DNA of 64,000 nt from Candidatus Shapirobacteria bacterium (GCA_041663285.1 JBAZSP010000001.1:81838-145837), one strand, 5' to 3'. Positions 1 to 9,614 are shown, counted from the first letter of the stretch. Numbers and translations: made by a program. The notes: generated from the letters alone by a model not told the origin.

Positions 1-243
1 CTCAATTACACTGACTGTGGCCGGTCTTTCAAGTATTGTTGTCTTCCCCCCGAGCCTACAATTATTCCGACGGCTATACCCACTACCATTCCTACAGTAG
101 CTCCCACCACGATACCTACGGTTATCCCAACCATCATCCCAACTGTTATACCTACCATTATTCCTACCCAAGTACCGACCAACACTCCAACACACTGGCC
201 AACACCAACCTGGTATTCCACCCTGCCTCAAACCAGTTACTAG
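1..243 (+). CDS. 3' end (partial) of a Cys-containing protein with a Pro/Thr-rich repeat tail
   Basis: Frame 1 is open from base 1 (LNYTDCGRSFKYCCLPPEPTIIPTAIPTTIPTVAPTT...QTSY) to TAG at 241-243. Not in the ORF track because the start lies outside the window. Confidence 0.8.
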   Translation, partial: LNYTDCGRSFKYCCLPPEPTIIPTAIPTTIPTVAPTTIPTVIPTIIPTVIPTIIPTQVPTNTPTHWPTPTWYSTLPQTSY

Positions 244-1004
244 GCCTTTTTAGCCATTATCGCCATAAATAAAGGTATTTCGTTTCGGGCCTGATTTTCC
301 ATTTTGGCCGCCCCGCCGGTTGATAGTTTATCTGACTTCCACTCCTCAATTTTTTCTATCACCAAACCGTTATCAAAAAGCATTTCACTGTAGGCCGATA
401 GGGGATAATGATAGCTCCAGGTTTTCGTGTCGCTTTTTTTATCAAATGGGCTGGCCTCAATCGGGATTTCCAAGGGTGTCAGATAGTTATCTACCTGTCG
501 ATATTGCCTATTTTTCAACTTATCTACACCCCAGTCACTATGCTTAGGAACTCTAAAGCAGGGATGGTTTAAAACGATTATCACCCGGCCGTCTGTTTTT
601 AGCCAGTTTTTGACGTTACGGATTACTTTAAAAGGGGATTTTACATTCTGTAATGCCAGGATTATTACTACATGGTCAAATTTTTTATTAATGCTCAAAT
701 TACCAACTATATCTCCTGTCACATAGTGATGCTTTGGATTTCTGTCCAGTTTTTTTGCTTCTTCTATCAGGTTGGGAGCCTTGTCAATTCCCCAATATTC
801 GAAGTCTTTTAGTATCGCCATTCTGGCCAATACTCCCTGGCCACAGCCTAAATCCAGCACATTCTGGCCTGGCCTTATAGCCAGCAACCTTTCGACGTTA
901 GGTAAAATCACCCGCTGATGATAATAGCTACCACGATCACCGACGGACGTTGAATACCATTCCCCCACATTTTTCCAGGAAGTATCTTGATTGTTATTAT
1001 TCAT
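240..1004 (-). CDS. Class I SAM-dependent methyltransferase
   Basis: VLDLGCGQG motif I, GID, FDHVV and the LKTDGR post-III motif. Confidence 0.9.
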   Translation of the reverse strand: MNNNNQDTSWKNVGEWYSTSVGDRGSYYHQRVILPNVERLLAIRPGQNVLDLGCGQGVLARMAILKDFEYWGIDKAPNLIEEAKKLDRNPKHHYVTGDIVGNLSINKKFDHVVIILALQNVKSPFKVIRNVKNWLKTDGRVIIVLNHPCFRVPKHSDWGVDKLKNRQYRQVDNYLTPLEIPIEASPFDKKSDTKTWSYHYPLSAYSEMLFDNGLVIEKIEEWKSDKLSTGGAAKMENQARNEIPLFMAIMAKKA

Positions 1005-1075
1005 TTTCGATTATGTTCATTCCTAAAAATATAATGTGATACAATTCGATTATTATAGACTTTATAAGCGATACA

Positions 1076-2479
1076 ATGATTGTGTCTTCAAAACCCAAGA
1101 CTGCCAAAAAAATAAGTAATCTTATTATTCTATCCTGCTCATTCTTCTTTTGTTACCTTATTTTCACTTTTTACTCTGCAAAATTTAATTTAAAGGCCTC
1201 AGAATATTTTGAATCTGCCTCCGATTTTGTGCAGTGGTGCAATGAGCACAACGATATTTGCCAAAAAACCGACGTTTCCGGCCGCACTGGCTCAGCCACT
1301 TGCCCCCTGTCGTCTCAAACAGTAGACAAGGTCTATGTTCATGCCGGCAGCGGTCAGGATATCTGGCTGCTTCCTGACGAAAAATTCACTTATACAATTT
1401 CTGGCAACACAGCTACTGTCACCGTTGTTACCGGCCATGACTTATCCTGGATTGCGGTTTATTGTGAAAATAGCTGCGATTGTCTTACTTGCCCTCCTTG
1501 TAACCCGACAATAACTCCCGCTCCCACATCAACCCCGACCGCCACCCCCTCTCCCACAATTACCCCAACAAAAATCAATACACCCACTCCTACGTCCATA
1601 TCATCACCTACCCCCACTCCAACTCAATTTAATTCCCCCACCCCGACCGCCACCTGTTCTCCTACTCCGACGCAAACTCCGATCAGTTCTCCGACTCCAA
1701 CCGCCATTTTGTCATTTACCCCGACTCCTTCACCAACATTCACACCCACTCCAACTCCAACCTCAACATTGAATCCTACCGAAACCCCGTCACCTAGTCC
1801 CACCAGTACTCCCGTCCCCGGTCCAACCGAAACTCCTGGGCCCGGTCCCACCGAAACTCCCGTCCCCGGTCCAACCAGCACTCCCGGTCCGGCCAACACT
1901 CCAACCCCTTTTGGCGTCGGTGGTGGTGAAGAATATAACCCACTGGTTGCCGGAGTTACCCGATCGACTACTACCGAAACAGCCGATAACTACAATCCCT
2001 TAATTGAAGGTATTCAGGATTCTTATATCGGTGAAGTTTTGGGTATGGCTTTTCCGGCCACTGCCGAAACCCAAAAAAGCTTAGCCAAACTTCCGTCAAA
2101 CAATTTATTACTTCCCGACCACTTCATAGTAATACCCAAAATAGGGTTAAATCGTCCGGTTTATCAAGGTGAAATCGTTGGCGGTCAATACCTGGCCGGC
2201 CACCAGGAAGTTATTACCTCGGTGATTAACGGCTCGCCGGTTTACTATGCCCACAGTTGGAACGCTGCCCTATTTGAAGGTATTTCCAGAATGGCAATAG
2301 GCGACTTTGTCTATGTTGACATTGCCGGTGCCGGTAAGGCTTATCAAGTTTCCGCTAAGTCGGTAGTTGCCGACACCGACTTAACCGCTATCCGTCCCTC
2401 AACTTCTGATACCATTTACCTTCTAACCTGTGTCGATGCCACTCACCGTTTATTATTCGAGGCAAAAAAATTACCTTAA
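1076..2479 (+). CDS. Exported protein: Cys-rich domain, Pro/Thr stalk and C-terminal sortase domain
   Basis: N-terminal hydrophobic helix and ~130-aa PT repeat. C-terminal IVIPKIGLNRPV...YAHS...IGDFVYV...YQV...LLTC..HR matches the sortase His/Cys/Arg pattern. Confidence 0.85.
   Translation: MIVSSKPKTAKKISNLIILSCSFFFCYLIFTFYSAKFNLKASEYFESASDFVQWCNEHNDICQKTDVSGRTGSATCPLSSQTVDKVYVHAGSGQDIWLLPDEKFTYTISGNTATVTVVTGHDLSWIAVYCENSCDCLTCPPCNPTITPAPTSTPTATPSPTITPTKINTPTPTSISSPTPTPTQFNSPTPTATCSPTPTQTPISSPTPTAILSFTPTPSPTFTPTPTPTSTLNPTETPSPSPTSTPVPGPTETPGPGPTETPVPGPTSTPGPANTPTPFGVGGGEEYNPLVAGVTRSTTTETADNYNPLIEGIQDSYIGEVLGMAFPATAETQKSLAKLPSNNLLLPDHFIVIPKIGLNRPVYQGEIVGGQYLAGHQEVITSVINGSPVYYAHSWNAALFEGISRMAIGDFVYVDIAGAGKAYQVSAKSVVADTDLTAIRPSTSDTIYLLTCVDATHRLLFEAKKLP
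1808..1903 (+). repeat. Imperfect ~24-bp coding tandem repeat (TPVPGPTE/TPGPGPTE/TPVPGPTS) in the stalk
   Basis: Recurring ACTCCCGTCCCCGGTCCAACC-like units. Confidence 0.7.
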
Positions 2480-2481
2480 CT

Positions 2482-3069
2482 ATGAAAAAGCAAAAAGCCG
2501 CCCCAAAGCTTGAAGTCCAGCCACGGCCAATATTCCCCAAAAAGATTATTGTGGCTATCATGATCATCGCGCTTTTCGCCCTTGCCTACAAATTTATTTC
2601 CATTATCCGCCAGCCCGCCTCTACCCAAAATTTACCTTCTCCCACTCCCGTCTTACTTTCAACCCCTTTGCCTCCCGGCTGGTCTATGGCTACACCTTCA
2701 GCCGGCAATACCCTAAAATTGGTCAAAGAAACCCAAGATAAAGTCAAACCTTCGATTGTCCTGATCACATCGGCCTACACTTCTGATCTTTCCGAAAGTA
2801 AATATGCCGACACTATTATCAAGGGTGCCCGTTCTGCCCTGCCCAGCCTCACCTTTACCATCAATCGATCCGAAAATGTTGGCTCTTTTTATGTCCGTCA
2901 CCTCCAGGGCACTTATATCAATGCTCGTAATCAGGTCCGGGTCAAACAGCGCTTATATATCCAAAACAAAACAGTCTCTACTCTAACAGCTTCATACCTA
3001 CCCCAAAACCTCGATGCCGAAATCGACACCATTTTTGATGCTATCTTTACTGACAAAATTAATCTGTAA
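2482..3069 (+). CDS. Membrane-anchored hypothetical protein, possibly PsbP/DcrB-like fold
   Basis: N-terminal TM, PSPTP linker, LPPGW motif, C-terminal beta-strands and an IFDAIF helix. Confidence 0.6.
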   Translation: MKKQKAAPKLEVQPRPIFPKKIIVAIMIIALFALAYKFISIIRQPASTQNLPSPTPVLLSTPLPPGWSMATPSAGNTLKLVKETQDKVKPSIVLITSAYTSDLSESKYADTIIKGARSALPSLTFTINRSENVGSFYVRHLQGTYINARNQVRVKQRLYIQNKTVSTLTASYLPQNLDAEIDTIFDAIFTDKINL

Positions 3070-3081
3070 AATAACCAATTT

Positions 3082-3660
3082 TCAGATTTCAAGTTTTTCC
3101 CAATCGACTAGCTTCCACCAGTTTTTTACAAACTCCGCCCGGTTGTTTTGGTATTCCAAATAGTAGGCATGTTCCCACACGTCCAGCACCAGTTTAGCTT
3201 TCCAGCCTAAGATCCCCAGCATGTTATGTTTTTCAATTTGCCCAACAATTAGCTCGCCAAAGTCATTTCCCCACAATACCGCCCATCCTGAACCTTCGAC
3301 TGTTATGGCGGCACCGCTAAACTCTTCCGCTAATTGCTCCCACGACCCGAAGTTTGCGTTAATGGCGTCTAACACCTTTCCTGAAGGCTTGTTATCTTCC
3401 TTTGCCGGGCCCATTTTTTCCCAAAAAAGCTCGTGAAACCTTACTCCGTTATAATTAAAATTGAAGTTTTTCCACCAATCTTTTGAGTTAATCTCTATCT
3501 CTTTCTTTCTAAATTTATCAAGCTTCTCCAGTGCCGTATTAGCGCCATTCACATAAGCTGCCTGGTGTTTGTCGTGGTGCAGTTCGACTGTTCTTTTAGA
3601 AATTACCGGCTCCAGAGCATCGTAGGAGTAGGGGAGTGAAGTTAAAGTTAATTGTTTCAT
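3082..3660 (-). CDS. sod: Fe/Mn superoxide dismutase
   Basis: LPYSYDALEP, HHDKHQAAYV, GSGW and DVWEHAYYL signatures. Confidence 0.97.
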   Translation of the reverse strand: MKQLTLTSLPYSYDALEPVISKRTVELHHDKHQAAYVNGANTALEKLDKFRKKEIEINSKDWWKNFNFNYNGVRFHELFWEKMGPAKEDNKPSGKVLDAINANFGSWEQLAEEFSGAAITVEGSGWAVLWGNDFGELIVGQIEKHNMLGILGWKAKLVLDVWEHAYYLEYQNNRAEFVKNWWKLVDWEKLEI

Positions 3661-3705
3661 TCGTAGTAAAATAAACTATTAATCATACAAGCATATCAGC
3701 AGATT

Positions 3706-4431
3706 ATGAAATTATTGTTAAAGATTTTTCTCATATTTTTACTCTTATTAATAATCATTCCGGTGGCAGCACTGGCCTATCTTGGATTTATCCCCTCTCT
3801 TAGCCCGCTATTTGGGGCCGACAAACCAAAGAGCCTTAACGTCTCCTACACCCCGGCCGACTTGGATTCTGCCAAGCAAAAAAATGGTGTTATCATGACC
3901 GAGCTGTCGACTACCTCCGAATCTACCTACGAAACCATTCGCTACAGTGGCACCAAAAACGTTTCCGCCTCTCTATCTTCGGCCGAGATTACTGCTCTGG
4001 CCAATTCCCCTACCTGGAAATATTTTCCGGTCAGCTCAATTCAGATAAAATTAAATCCAGACGGCAGTGCCGAAGCTTCGGGGATTCTCCTTTTGGACCG
4101 TTTGCCTGGTTATTTGTCCGTTCTTGGTATTAGCGCCAAAGATATTCAATCTGCCGCCAATTATCTAAAGATTAAAGGCAACACCCCTTTCTATTTCAAA
4201 GGGGTGGCCTCAGTCACCGATAATAAAGTTTCCCTAAACACTCACCATCTGGAAATCGGTCGATTTTCCGTTCCTACCCAAATTATCAAAGACAATCAAA
4301 AGTACCTGGTATCTCTGGCCGAAATCAGAATCAAAAGCGTCCCCGGGTTGTCGGTTAAATCATTTTCTACCCAAAACGGGCAACTATCTTTTGATGGCAC
4401 CATGCCCTCGGCAATTTCCTGGGAAAAATAA
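3706..4431 (+). CDS. Membrane-anchored hypothetical protein
   Basis: 241-aa ORF with an N-terminal TM and a beta-rich soluble domain. Confidence 0.7.
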   Translation: MKLLLKIFLIFLLLLIIIPVAALAYLGFIPSLSPLFGADKPKSLNVSYTPADLDSAKQKNGVIMTELSTTSESTYETIRYSGTKNVSASLSSAEITALANSPTWKYFPVSSIQIKLNPDGSAEASGILLLDRLPGYLSVLGISAKDIQSAANYLKIKGNTPFYFKGVASVTDNKVSLNTHHLEIGRFSVPTQIIKDNQKYLVSLAEIRIKSVPGLSVKSFSTQNGQLSFDGTMPSAISWEK

Positions 4432-4447
4432 TTTTTCAATACTCACC

Positions 4448-5092
4448 ATGCGACTCAAATGGCAGCAGCTCTTTCCGATACTAATAATTCTGGCTACTTT
4501 TATTCTGGCCTTTTCGCTTTATTCGGAGCTTCCGGCCTTTATGGCCTCTCATTGGGGCATTAACGGTCAAGCCGATGGCTTCATGCCCAAAAACAAAGCC
4601 TTGGCCATTATGCCGGCCATATCAATTATTCTGTATCTTTTATTTTTAATTTTACCCAAAACCGATCCATATCGCCCCAGCTTTAAGCAGTTCGAAAATC
4701 ATTTTAACAATTTCCTGGTAGTTGTTTTTGGTTTTTTATTTTATCTTTTTTGTCTGATGTTATATTGGAATCTGGGCAATCAGTTTAACATGGGCCAGGC
4801 GTTAGCTCCGGCTTTCTCAATTATGTTTTACTTTACCGGCGTTTTAACTTCGGTCGCCCGGCGAAACTGGTTTGTCGGCATCCGTACTCCCTGGACCATG
4901 TCCTCCGATGAAGTCTGGGACAAAACCCACCAGCTCGGTGGCCGGCTTTACAAAATTGCTGCCGCCGTCAGCCTACTTGGAGTAGTCTTTCCGGATATTA
5001 GCTTTTACCTGGTTATCGGCCCGATTCTATTAGTTACCGTATTTATTTTTATTTATTCTTATGTCCAACATACAAAGCTTACTCGATCTTAA
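4448..5092 (+). CDS. SdpI/DUF1648 family membrane (immunity-like) protein
   Basis: ASHWGINGQADG and RNWFVGIRTPWTMSSDEVWDKTH motifs; start moved to ATG 4448 to remove the overlap. Confidence 0.9.
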   Translation: MRLKWQQLFPILIILATFILAFSLYSELPAFMASHWGINGQADGFMPKNKALAIMPAISIILYLLFLILPKTDPYRPSFKQFENHFNNFLVVVFGFLFYLFCLMLYWNLGNQFNMGQALAPAFSIMFYFTGVLTSVARRNWFVGIRTPWTMSSDEVWDKTHQLGGRLYKIAAAVSLLGVVFPDISFYLVIGPILLVTVFIFIYSYVQHTKLTRS

Positions 5093-5456
5093 GTCTTTGC
5101 TGGAGTCATCCATTCTCGCTTTGGCTACCTCCTCCCCCGATGGTCACCCCAATTGCGTTGCCATTGGGTGCATTAAAGTCGTCTCACCATCTCAACTCTT
5201 AATAACGGATAATTTTTTTAACAAAACAGCCTCTAACTTGGCTTCCAATCCTTTCGTATCATTGGCTTTTTGGTCATCCGATGGCGAAACCGGCTACCAG
5301 ATTAAGGGTAAAGCCAGTTATTTCACCAGCGGTCCGTGGAAACAGGCAGTTGACGAAGATCCAAACAACAAGAATCTAGCCCACAAAGCGGCAGTTTTAG
5401 TAACAGTAACCGAAATCTGGGATCTAGCCACTCCGGCATTAATATTTAAAAAATAA
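5061..5456 (+). CDS. Pyridoxamine 5'-phosphate oxidase-like FMN-binding protein
   Basis: LATSSPDGHPN, DNFFNKT..NL..NP.VSL, GYQIKGKA. Confidence 0.85.
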   Translation: MSNIQSLLDLKSLLESSILALATSSPDGHPNCVAIGCIKVVSPSQLLITDNFFNKTASNLASNPFVSLAFWSSDGETGYQIKGKASYFTSGPWKQAVDEDPNNKNLAHKAAVLVTVTEIWDLATPALIFKK

Positions 5457-5458
5457 AA

Positions 5459-6379
5459 ATGAAAATATACCTTCTTTCCCCTGTAGCTTCACAAATCTTT
5501 AACCCAGACTTTATTCGCACTCTAAAACCTCTTGGCACTGTTGTCATCGACGATAAAATCAAGTCACTATCTAAAGTTACTGGCATGACTGATTCCGAAG
5601 ACAAAATAATCGCCCTTGATCCTGGCTTTTGCGACTGGCAGCTGAAAGAATCAGACATATCTTCTATCCCCAATATTAAGGCTATTTGCTTACAGTCAAC
5701 CTCGTTTAGTTGGCTGGATAACGAGTACTGCCGCCAACTTAATATCCCCGTCGTTAACATTAAAAATTATTCCACCAACTCTGTTGCTGAATGGGCTGTC
5801 ATGCTGGCTATGTTAGTTGCCAGAAAAATTCCTTTGGTCATCAAAAACAATTGGAACTACGATTTTACTAATTTTCAGGGAATCGAGCTAACTGGCAAGA
5901 CTGCCGGAATAATTGGCTTAGGTCATATTGGGCGTAGTATCGCCAATATTTGCCAAGGACTCGGGATGAAAGTTATCTATTGGTCCAAGAATTCCCGTGA
6001 TAGCCAATTAAGCTTTGCCGACTTGCCAACACTCCTAAAAACTAGTGATTTGATTTTCCCCTGCCTTGCCCAAAACCAGGAAACGCAAGGCTTAATAACT
6101 GACAATCTGCTATTACAAATGAAGCCTAGTGCTATCTTTGTCAGCATTGTTCACACAGTCTATAACCACCAACTGCTTTTAGATCTAGTCAAGCAAAACA
6201 AAATTTACGGCTATGCATTTGAAGAGTCGAAGCCTGCCTTTAGCTCTTACGAGGGCAATGTTTGGGCTGGGCCGGAATTAGCCTGGTGTACCGCAGAATC
6301 TTTGCAGCGTAATCACGCTTTATGGATTGAAAATATCGTTAATGCCGCAAAGGGTAATTTTCCTAACCGGATAAACTAA
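5459..6379 (+). CDS. D-isomer-specific 2-hydroxyacid dehydrogenase family protein with atypical active site
   Basis: YSTNSVAE, ELTGKTAGIIGLGHIG NAD-binding motif, MKPSAIFV. Confidence 0.85.
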   Translation: MKIYLLSPVASQIFNPDFIRTLKPLGTVVIDDKIKSLSKVTGMTDSEDKIIALDPGFCDWQLKESDISSIPNIKAICLQSTSFSWLDNEYCRQLNIPVVNIKNYSTNSVAEWAVMLAMLVARKIPLVIKNNWNYDFTNFQGIELTGKTAGIIGLGHIGRSIANICQGLGMKVIYWSKNSRDSQLSFADLPTLLKTSDLIFPCLAQNQETQGLITDNLLLQMKPSAIFVSIVHTVYNHQLLLDLVKQNKIYGYAFEESKPAFSSYEGNVWAGPELAWCTAESLQRNHALWIENIVNAAKGNFPNRIN

Positions 6380-6434
6380 AGAGTAAAATCGTCCAATTAT
6401 TTCTAATTTTTTTTGTTAAGACGTATAATCAGCC

Positions 6435-7202
6435 ATGGTTATCATTAAAACCCCCAAGCAGATAGACGGCATCCGCAAGTCATCTCGGCTGGCCGCCCAG
6501 ACTTTGGACTATCTAAAAAACTACGTTAAGCCCGGGGTGACCACGGAGTACCTTAACCAATTAGCCCATAAATATATCACCAACCATCAGGCAACTCCCG
6601 CCCCTCTGGGTTACGGCGGTTTTCCCAAAAGCATCTGCACTTCAGTCAACGACGTTGTCTGTCATGGCATCCCGTCAGATCAATTAATCCTAAAAGAAGG
6701 CGATATTGTCAATCTCGACATTACCACTATTCTAAACGGCTTTTACGGCGATGTTTCGGCCACCTATCCTGTCGGCCAAATATCGGCCGAAGCCAAAAAA
6801 CTTATTGAAGTAACTCAAGAAGCCTTAGCCATTTCTATAAAAAGCCTAAAGCCCGGCGCTACTCTAAACACCTCTGTCGGCCAGATAATCGAGCCCTACG
6901 CTAACCGTTTCGGATTTAGTGTCGTTCGCGAGCTTGGTGGCCATGGAGTCGGCCTAAAATTTCACGAAGACCCCTTCGTTTTTCACTTCTCCACCACCAA
7001 AAACGATCTAATTTTAAAATCCGGCATGATCTTTACCATTGAGCCGATGATCAACGCTTCGGCTGATTGCCGCATAACTATCGACAAGTCCGATGGCTGG
7101 ACAGTCCGAACTTTCGATGGTTCTCTGTCAGCCCAGTTTGAACATACTATCCTAATTACCTCTTCAGGCCACGAAATTTTAACCATTAATTCCCAGTCAT
7201 GA
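6435..7202 (+). CDS. map: Type I methionine aminopeptidase
   Basis: FPKSICTSVNDVVCHGIP, GHGVG, FTIEPMIN, SAQFEHT. Confidence 0.97.
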   Translation: MVIIKTPKQIDGIRKSSRLAAQTLDYLKNYVKPGVTTEYLNQLAHKYITNHQATPAPLGYGGFPKSICTSVNDVVCHGIPSDQLILKEGDIVNLDITTILNGFYGDVSATYPVGQISAEAKKLIEVTQEALAISIKSLKPGATLNTSVGQIIEPYANRFGFSVVRELGGHGVGLKFHEDPFVFHFSTTKNDLILKSGMIFTIEPMINASADCRITIDKSDGWTVRTFDGSLSAQFEHTILITSSGHEILTINSQS

Positions 7203-8032
7203 TTCTACTTGACGGCAAAGCCACCTCCTTAAAAATTCTTCAGGATCAAAAAGCCAAAATTGCTAATCTGCCAAAACCGCCCCGTTTGGATATTATCTTA
7301 GTCGGTGACGATCCGTCTTCTCTCCAATACGTCTCGATGAAACAAAAGAAAGCTGATTTAGTCGGTATTTTGTGCCAGATCCACCGTCTGCCGGCCGATT
7401 CCACCACCGCCAAAGTTTCCGCTCTAATATCGTCCCTGAACCTCGATTCAGCCGTAACCGGTATTTTGGTCCAGCTACCGCTGCCCAAAAACTTCAATAC
7501 CCAGGAAATTCTTAACACCATCGATCCTAGCAAAGACGTCGACGGCTTAACCGCCACTAATCTTGGCTTGATGTTCCAAAAAAATCCTGCCGCCATTGCT
7601 TCGGCTACTCCCCAAGCTGTTTTGGCCTTGTTAGATAATTATCAAATTTCTCTCGAATCAAAAGATGTCGTAATTATTGGCCGCAGCCCCCATATCGGCC
7701 TTCCTCTTGTTGCCCTAATGCTTCAGCGTAACGCCACCGTGACAGTTTGTCATTCCTATACTCCCCATCTTTCCGCGGCTACCGGTATGGCCGATGTTGT
7801 CATTACCGCCGTCGGTAAACAAAATTTTATTACCGGAAGTATGGTTAAAGAGGGGAGTATTATAATCGATATCGGCCTAAGCCAGGATCCTCAAACCGGT
7901 AAACTTGTTGGCGATGTTGATTTTGACTCCGTTGCTCCCAAATGTTCCTATATCACCCCTGTTCCCGGCGGCATCGGCCCCATGACTATCGCCTGCCTTT
8001 TGAATAATGTGTATAATATCTCACATAAATAA
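7199..8032 (+). CDS. folD: Methylene-THF dehydrogenase/cyclohydrolase
   Basis: GILVQLPLP, KDVDG, NATVTVCHS, ITPVPGGIGPMT. Confidence 0.97.
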   Translation: MILLDGKATSLKILQDQKAKIANLPKPPRLDIILVGDDPSSLQYVSMKQKKADLVGILCQIHRLPADSTTAKVSALISSLNLDSAVTGILVQLPLPKNFNTQEILNTIDPSKDVDGLTATNLGLMFQKNPAAIASATPQAVLALLDNYQISLESKDVVIIGRSPHIGLPLVALMLQRNATVTVCHSYTPHLSAATGMADVVITAVGKQNFITGSMVKEGSIIIDIGLSQDPQTGKLVGDVDFDSVAPKCSYITPVPGGIGPMTIACLLNNVYNISHK

Positions 8033-8259
8033 TGCCTACTCATTTAGAATTGGCTTTACAGAAAATCCACGAAGCCGCGACTTCTTCTCTCCGGCCTGAA
8101 GTCGCCTTAGGGGCTGTCATGAAGATGCGAGCCTCTATTTTACCAAAAGGTAGCTCGCCAGAGCAAGCTCAAACAATATTAGCTGCACTCAACCTAGCCC
8201 AGCAAAGACTAAGAGAAGCTATCGTTGGCGAGGCAGGCCAGACACCGCCACAACGATAA
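8032..8259 (+). CDS. Small orphan hypothetical protein
   Basis: ATG coupled to the folD stop (TAATG); helical 75-aa ORF. Confidence 0.55.
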   Translation: MPTHLELALQKIHEAATSSLRPEVALGAVMKMRASILPKGSSPEQAQTILAALNLAQQRLREAIVGEAGQTPPQR

Positions 8260-8294
8260 AAACACCAATCAGAATACTCTAACACATCTTCGTT

Positions 8295-8594
8295 TTGCAG
8301 TCTGGTAAACAAATTTACAATCCCTTATATTTGCCCCTAGTGTCAATCTGTAAACAAGAAAACTGTACTGCTTGCCAGGCTTGGTTCAAATGGTGCCAAC
8401 GACTTCGGTCTAACAATCTTAATGCTAACGGGAATCCTGTGCCTGGAAGTATACCTGCCTCGGAGGTCCATAATAACAAATATCGGGTTTATCTTGGATC
8501 ACTTTATGTAGAGCAAAGGCCGCCTGTTCCGGCAGAACCTTGTCAAACTATGGTACCCGTCTTTGAAGATCTTCGTCGACGGGGAATAATCTGA
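8295..8594 (+). CDS. Small Cys-containing orphan hypothetical protein
   Basis: 99-aa ORF filling the gap; TTG start is uncertain. Confidence 0.4.
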   Translation: MQSGKQIYNPLYLPLVSICKQENCTACQAWFKWCQRLRSNNLNANGNPVPGSIPASEVHNNKYRVYLGSLYVEQRPPVPAEPCQTMVPVFEDLRRRGII

Positions 8595-8606
8595 TAGAAT
8601 TAAATT

Positions 8607-8849
8607 GTGCGTATAAAACTTTTTGATCGGGGCTCGCCTCAAGGCAAGCAGCTTTTTGCCAATATCGAAACTTTATGTAAGCGCCTTCAAATCGACTACG
8701 ACCCTGAGTATATTAAAGACATGAGCAGAGTATATTCTATGGGTATTCAGGGCAAAACAGTCCTTATGGTCGACAACGAAGTTGCTTTTGTCGACCGCTA
8801 TCCTTCTATCCGCGAGCTAGAAACAATTCTACAGGACTATATTAAATAA
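8607..8849 (+). CDS. MTH895/Thioredoxin_3-like small thioredoxin-fold protein lacking CxxC
   Basis: Pattern MRIKLF..GSPQGKQL...IKDM...MGIQG.TVLMVDNEVAF..RYPS; TGaTAGAAT 6 nt before the GTG. Confidence 0.7.
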   Translation: MRIKLFDRGSPQGKQLFANIETLCKRLQIDYDPEYIKDMSRVYSMGIQGKTVLMVDNEVAFVDRYPSIRELETILQDYIK

Positions 8850-9614
8850 GTTAGCTGCATTCTTGTCAATAATTTCTTCCGTTTCTTCAAATCCCATCGT
8901 CCAAATTTTAGCTATCTTTTTATAAATAAATTCCACATATTCCGGTTTATTAGTCTGCCCTCGGTAGGGCAGGGGAGCCAGAAAAGGGCTGTCGGTTTCG
9001 GCCAATAATCTATCTTTCGGTATCGCCGCTACTACTTCACTTAGTCCAACTTCATAAGTCAAATTCCCGTCAATGCCAAAATACCAACCCTGTCCCAAAT
9101 CCAGCACCTTTTTTATCCTTTTCTTACCGCCGGCATAGCAGTGGAACACACCTTTTAAGTGCTTATATTCGGCCAATATTTTTATCACCTCATCTGCCGC
9201 TTTTCGGGCATGGATGATTAAGGGTAGGTTATTTTTTTGAGCTAATTCAACTTGCCCCCTAAATAGCCTTTCCTGCTCTACCGGGCTTCTCTCGCTTTCA
9301 TCCGGTGGGGGAGGGCTAAAATCTAAACCCGTTTCCCCTATTGCCACCACATTTTTATTTTTATCCCCATCGATCAATATTCTTAACTCTTCCAACTGCT
9401 TTTCGATTGGAGTTGTATTTTCTGGATCAGTGCATTGGGGGTGCACCCCCACACTTGCCCAAAACTGGCCAATATTTTGCTTCGCCAGTTCAACGTTCTC
9501 TCTCGAATCCGCCAGATTGCTCGCAGCTAAAATTATTTTTACACCTTGAGCCAAAGACAGCCCCGCCGCTGCGGGGCAAAATCTTTTTGATAAATGGGCA
9601 TGAGTATCGATCAT
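8829..9614 (-). CDS. tatD: TatD family nuclease
   Basis: IDTHAHL, GVHP, AIGETGLD, IIHAR, GVFHCY, ETDSPFLAP. Confidence 0.95.
   Translation of the reverse strand: MIDTHAHLSKRFCPAAAGLSLAQGVKIILAASNLADSRENVELAKQNIGQFWASVGVHPQCTDPENTTPIEKQLEELRILIDGDKNKNVVAIGETGLDFSPPPPDESERSPVEQERLFRGQVELAQKNNLPLIIHARKAADEVIKILAEYKHLKGVFHCYAGGKKRIKKVLDLGQGWYFGIDGNLTYEVGLSEVVAAIPKDRLLAETDSPFLAPLPYRGQTNKPEYVEFIYKKIAKIWTMGFEETEEIIDKNAANLFNIVL

Noticed and set aside
6-272. ORF-track calls 6..221(-) and 36..272(+)
   Set aside because: Shadow frames of the PT-repeat coding sequence in frame 1 (1-243)
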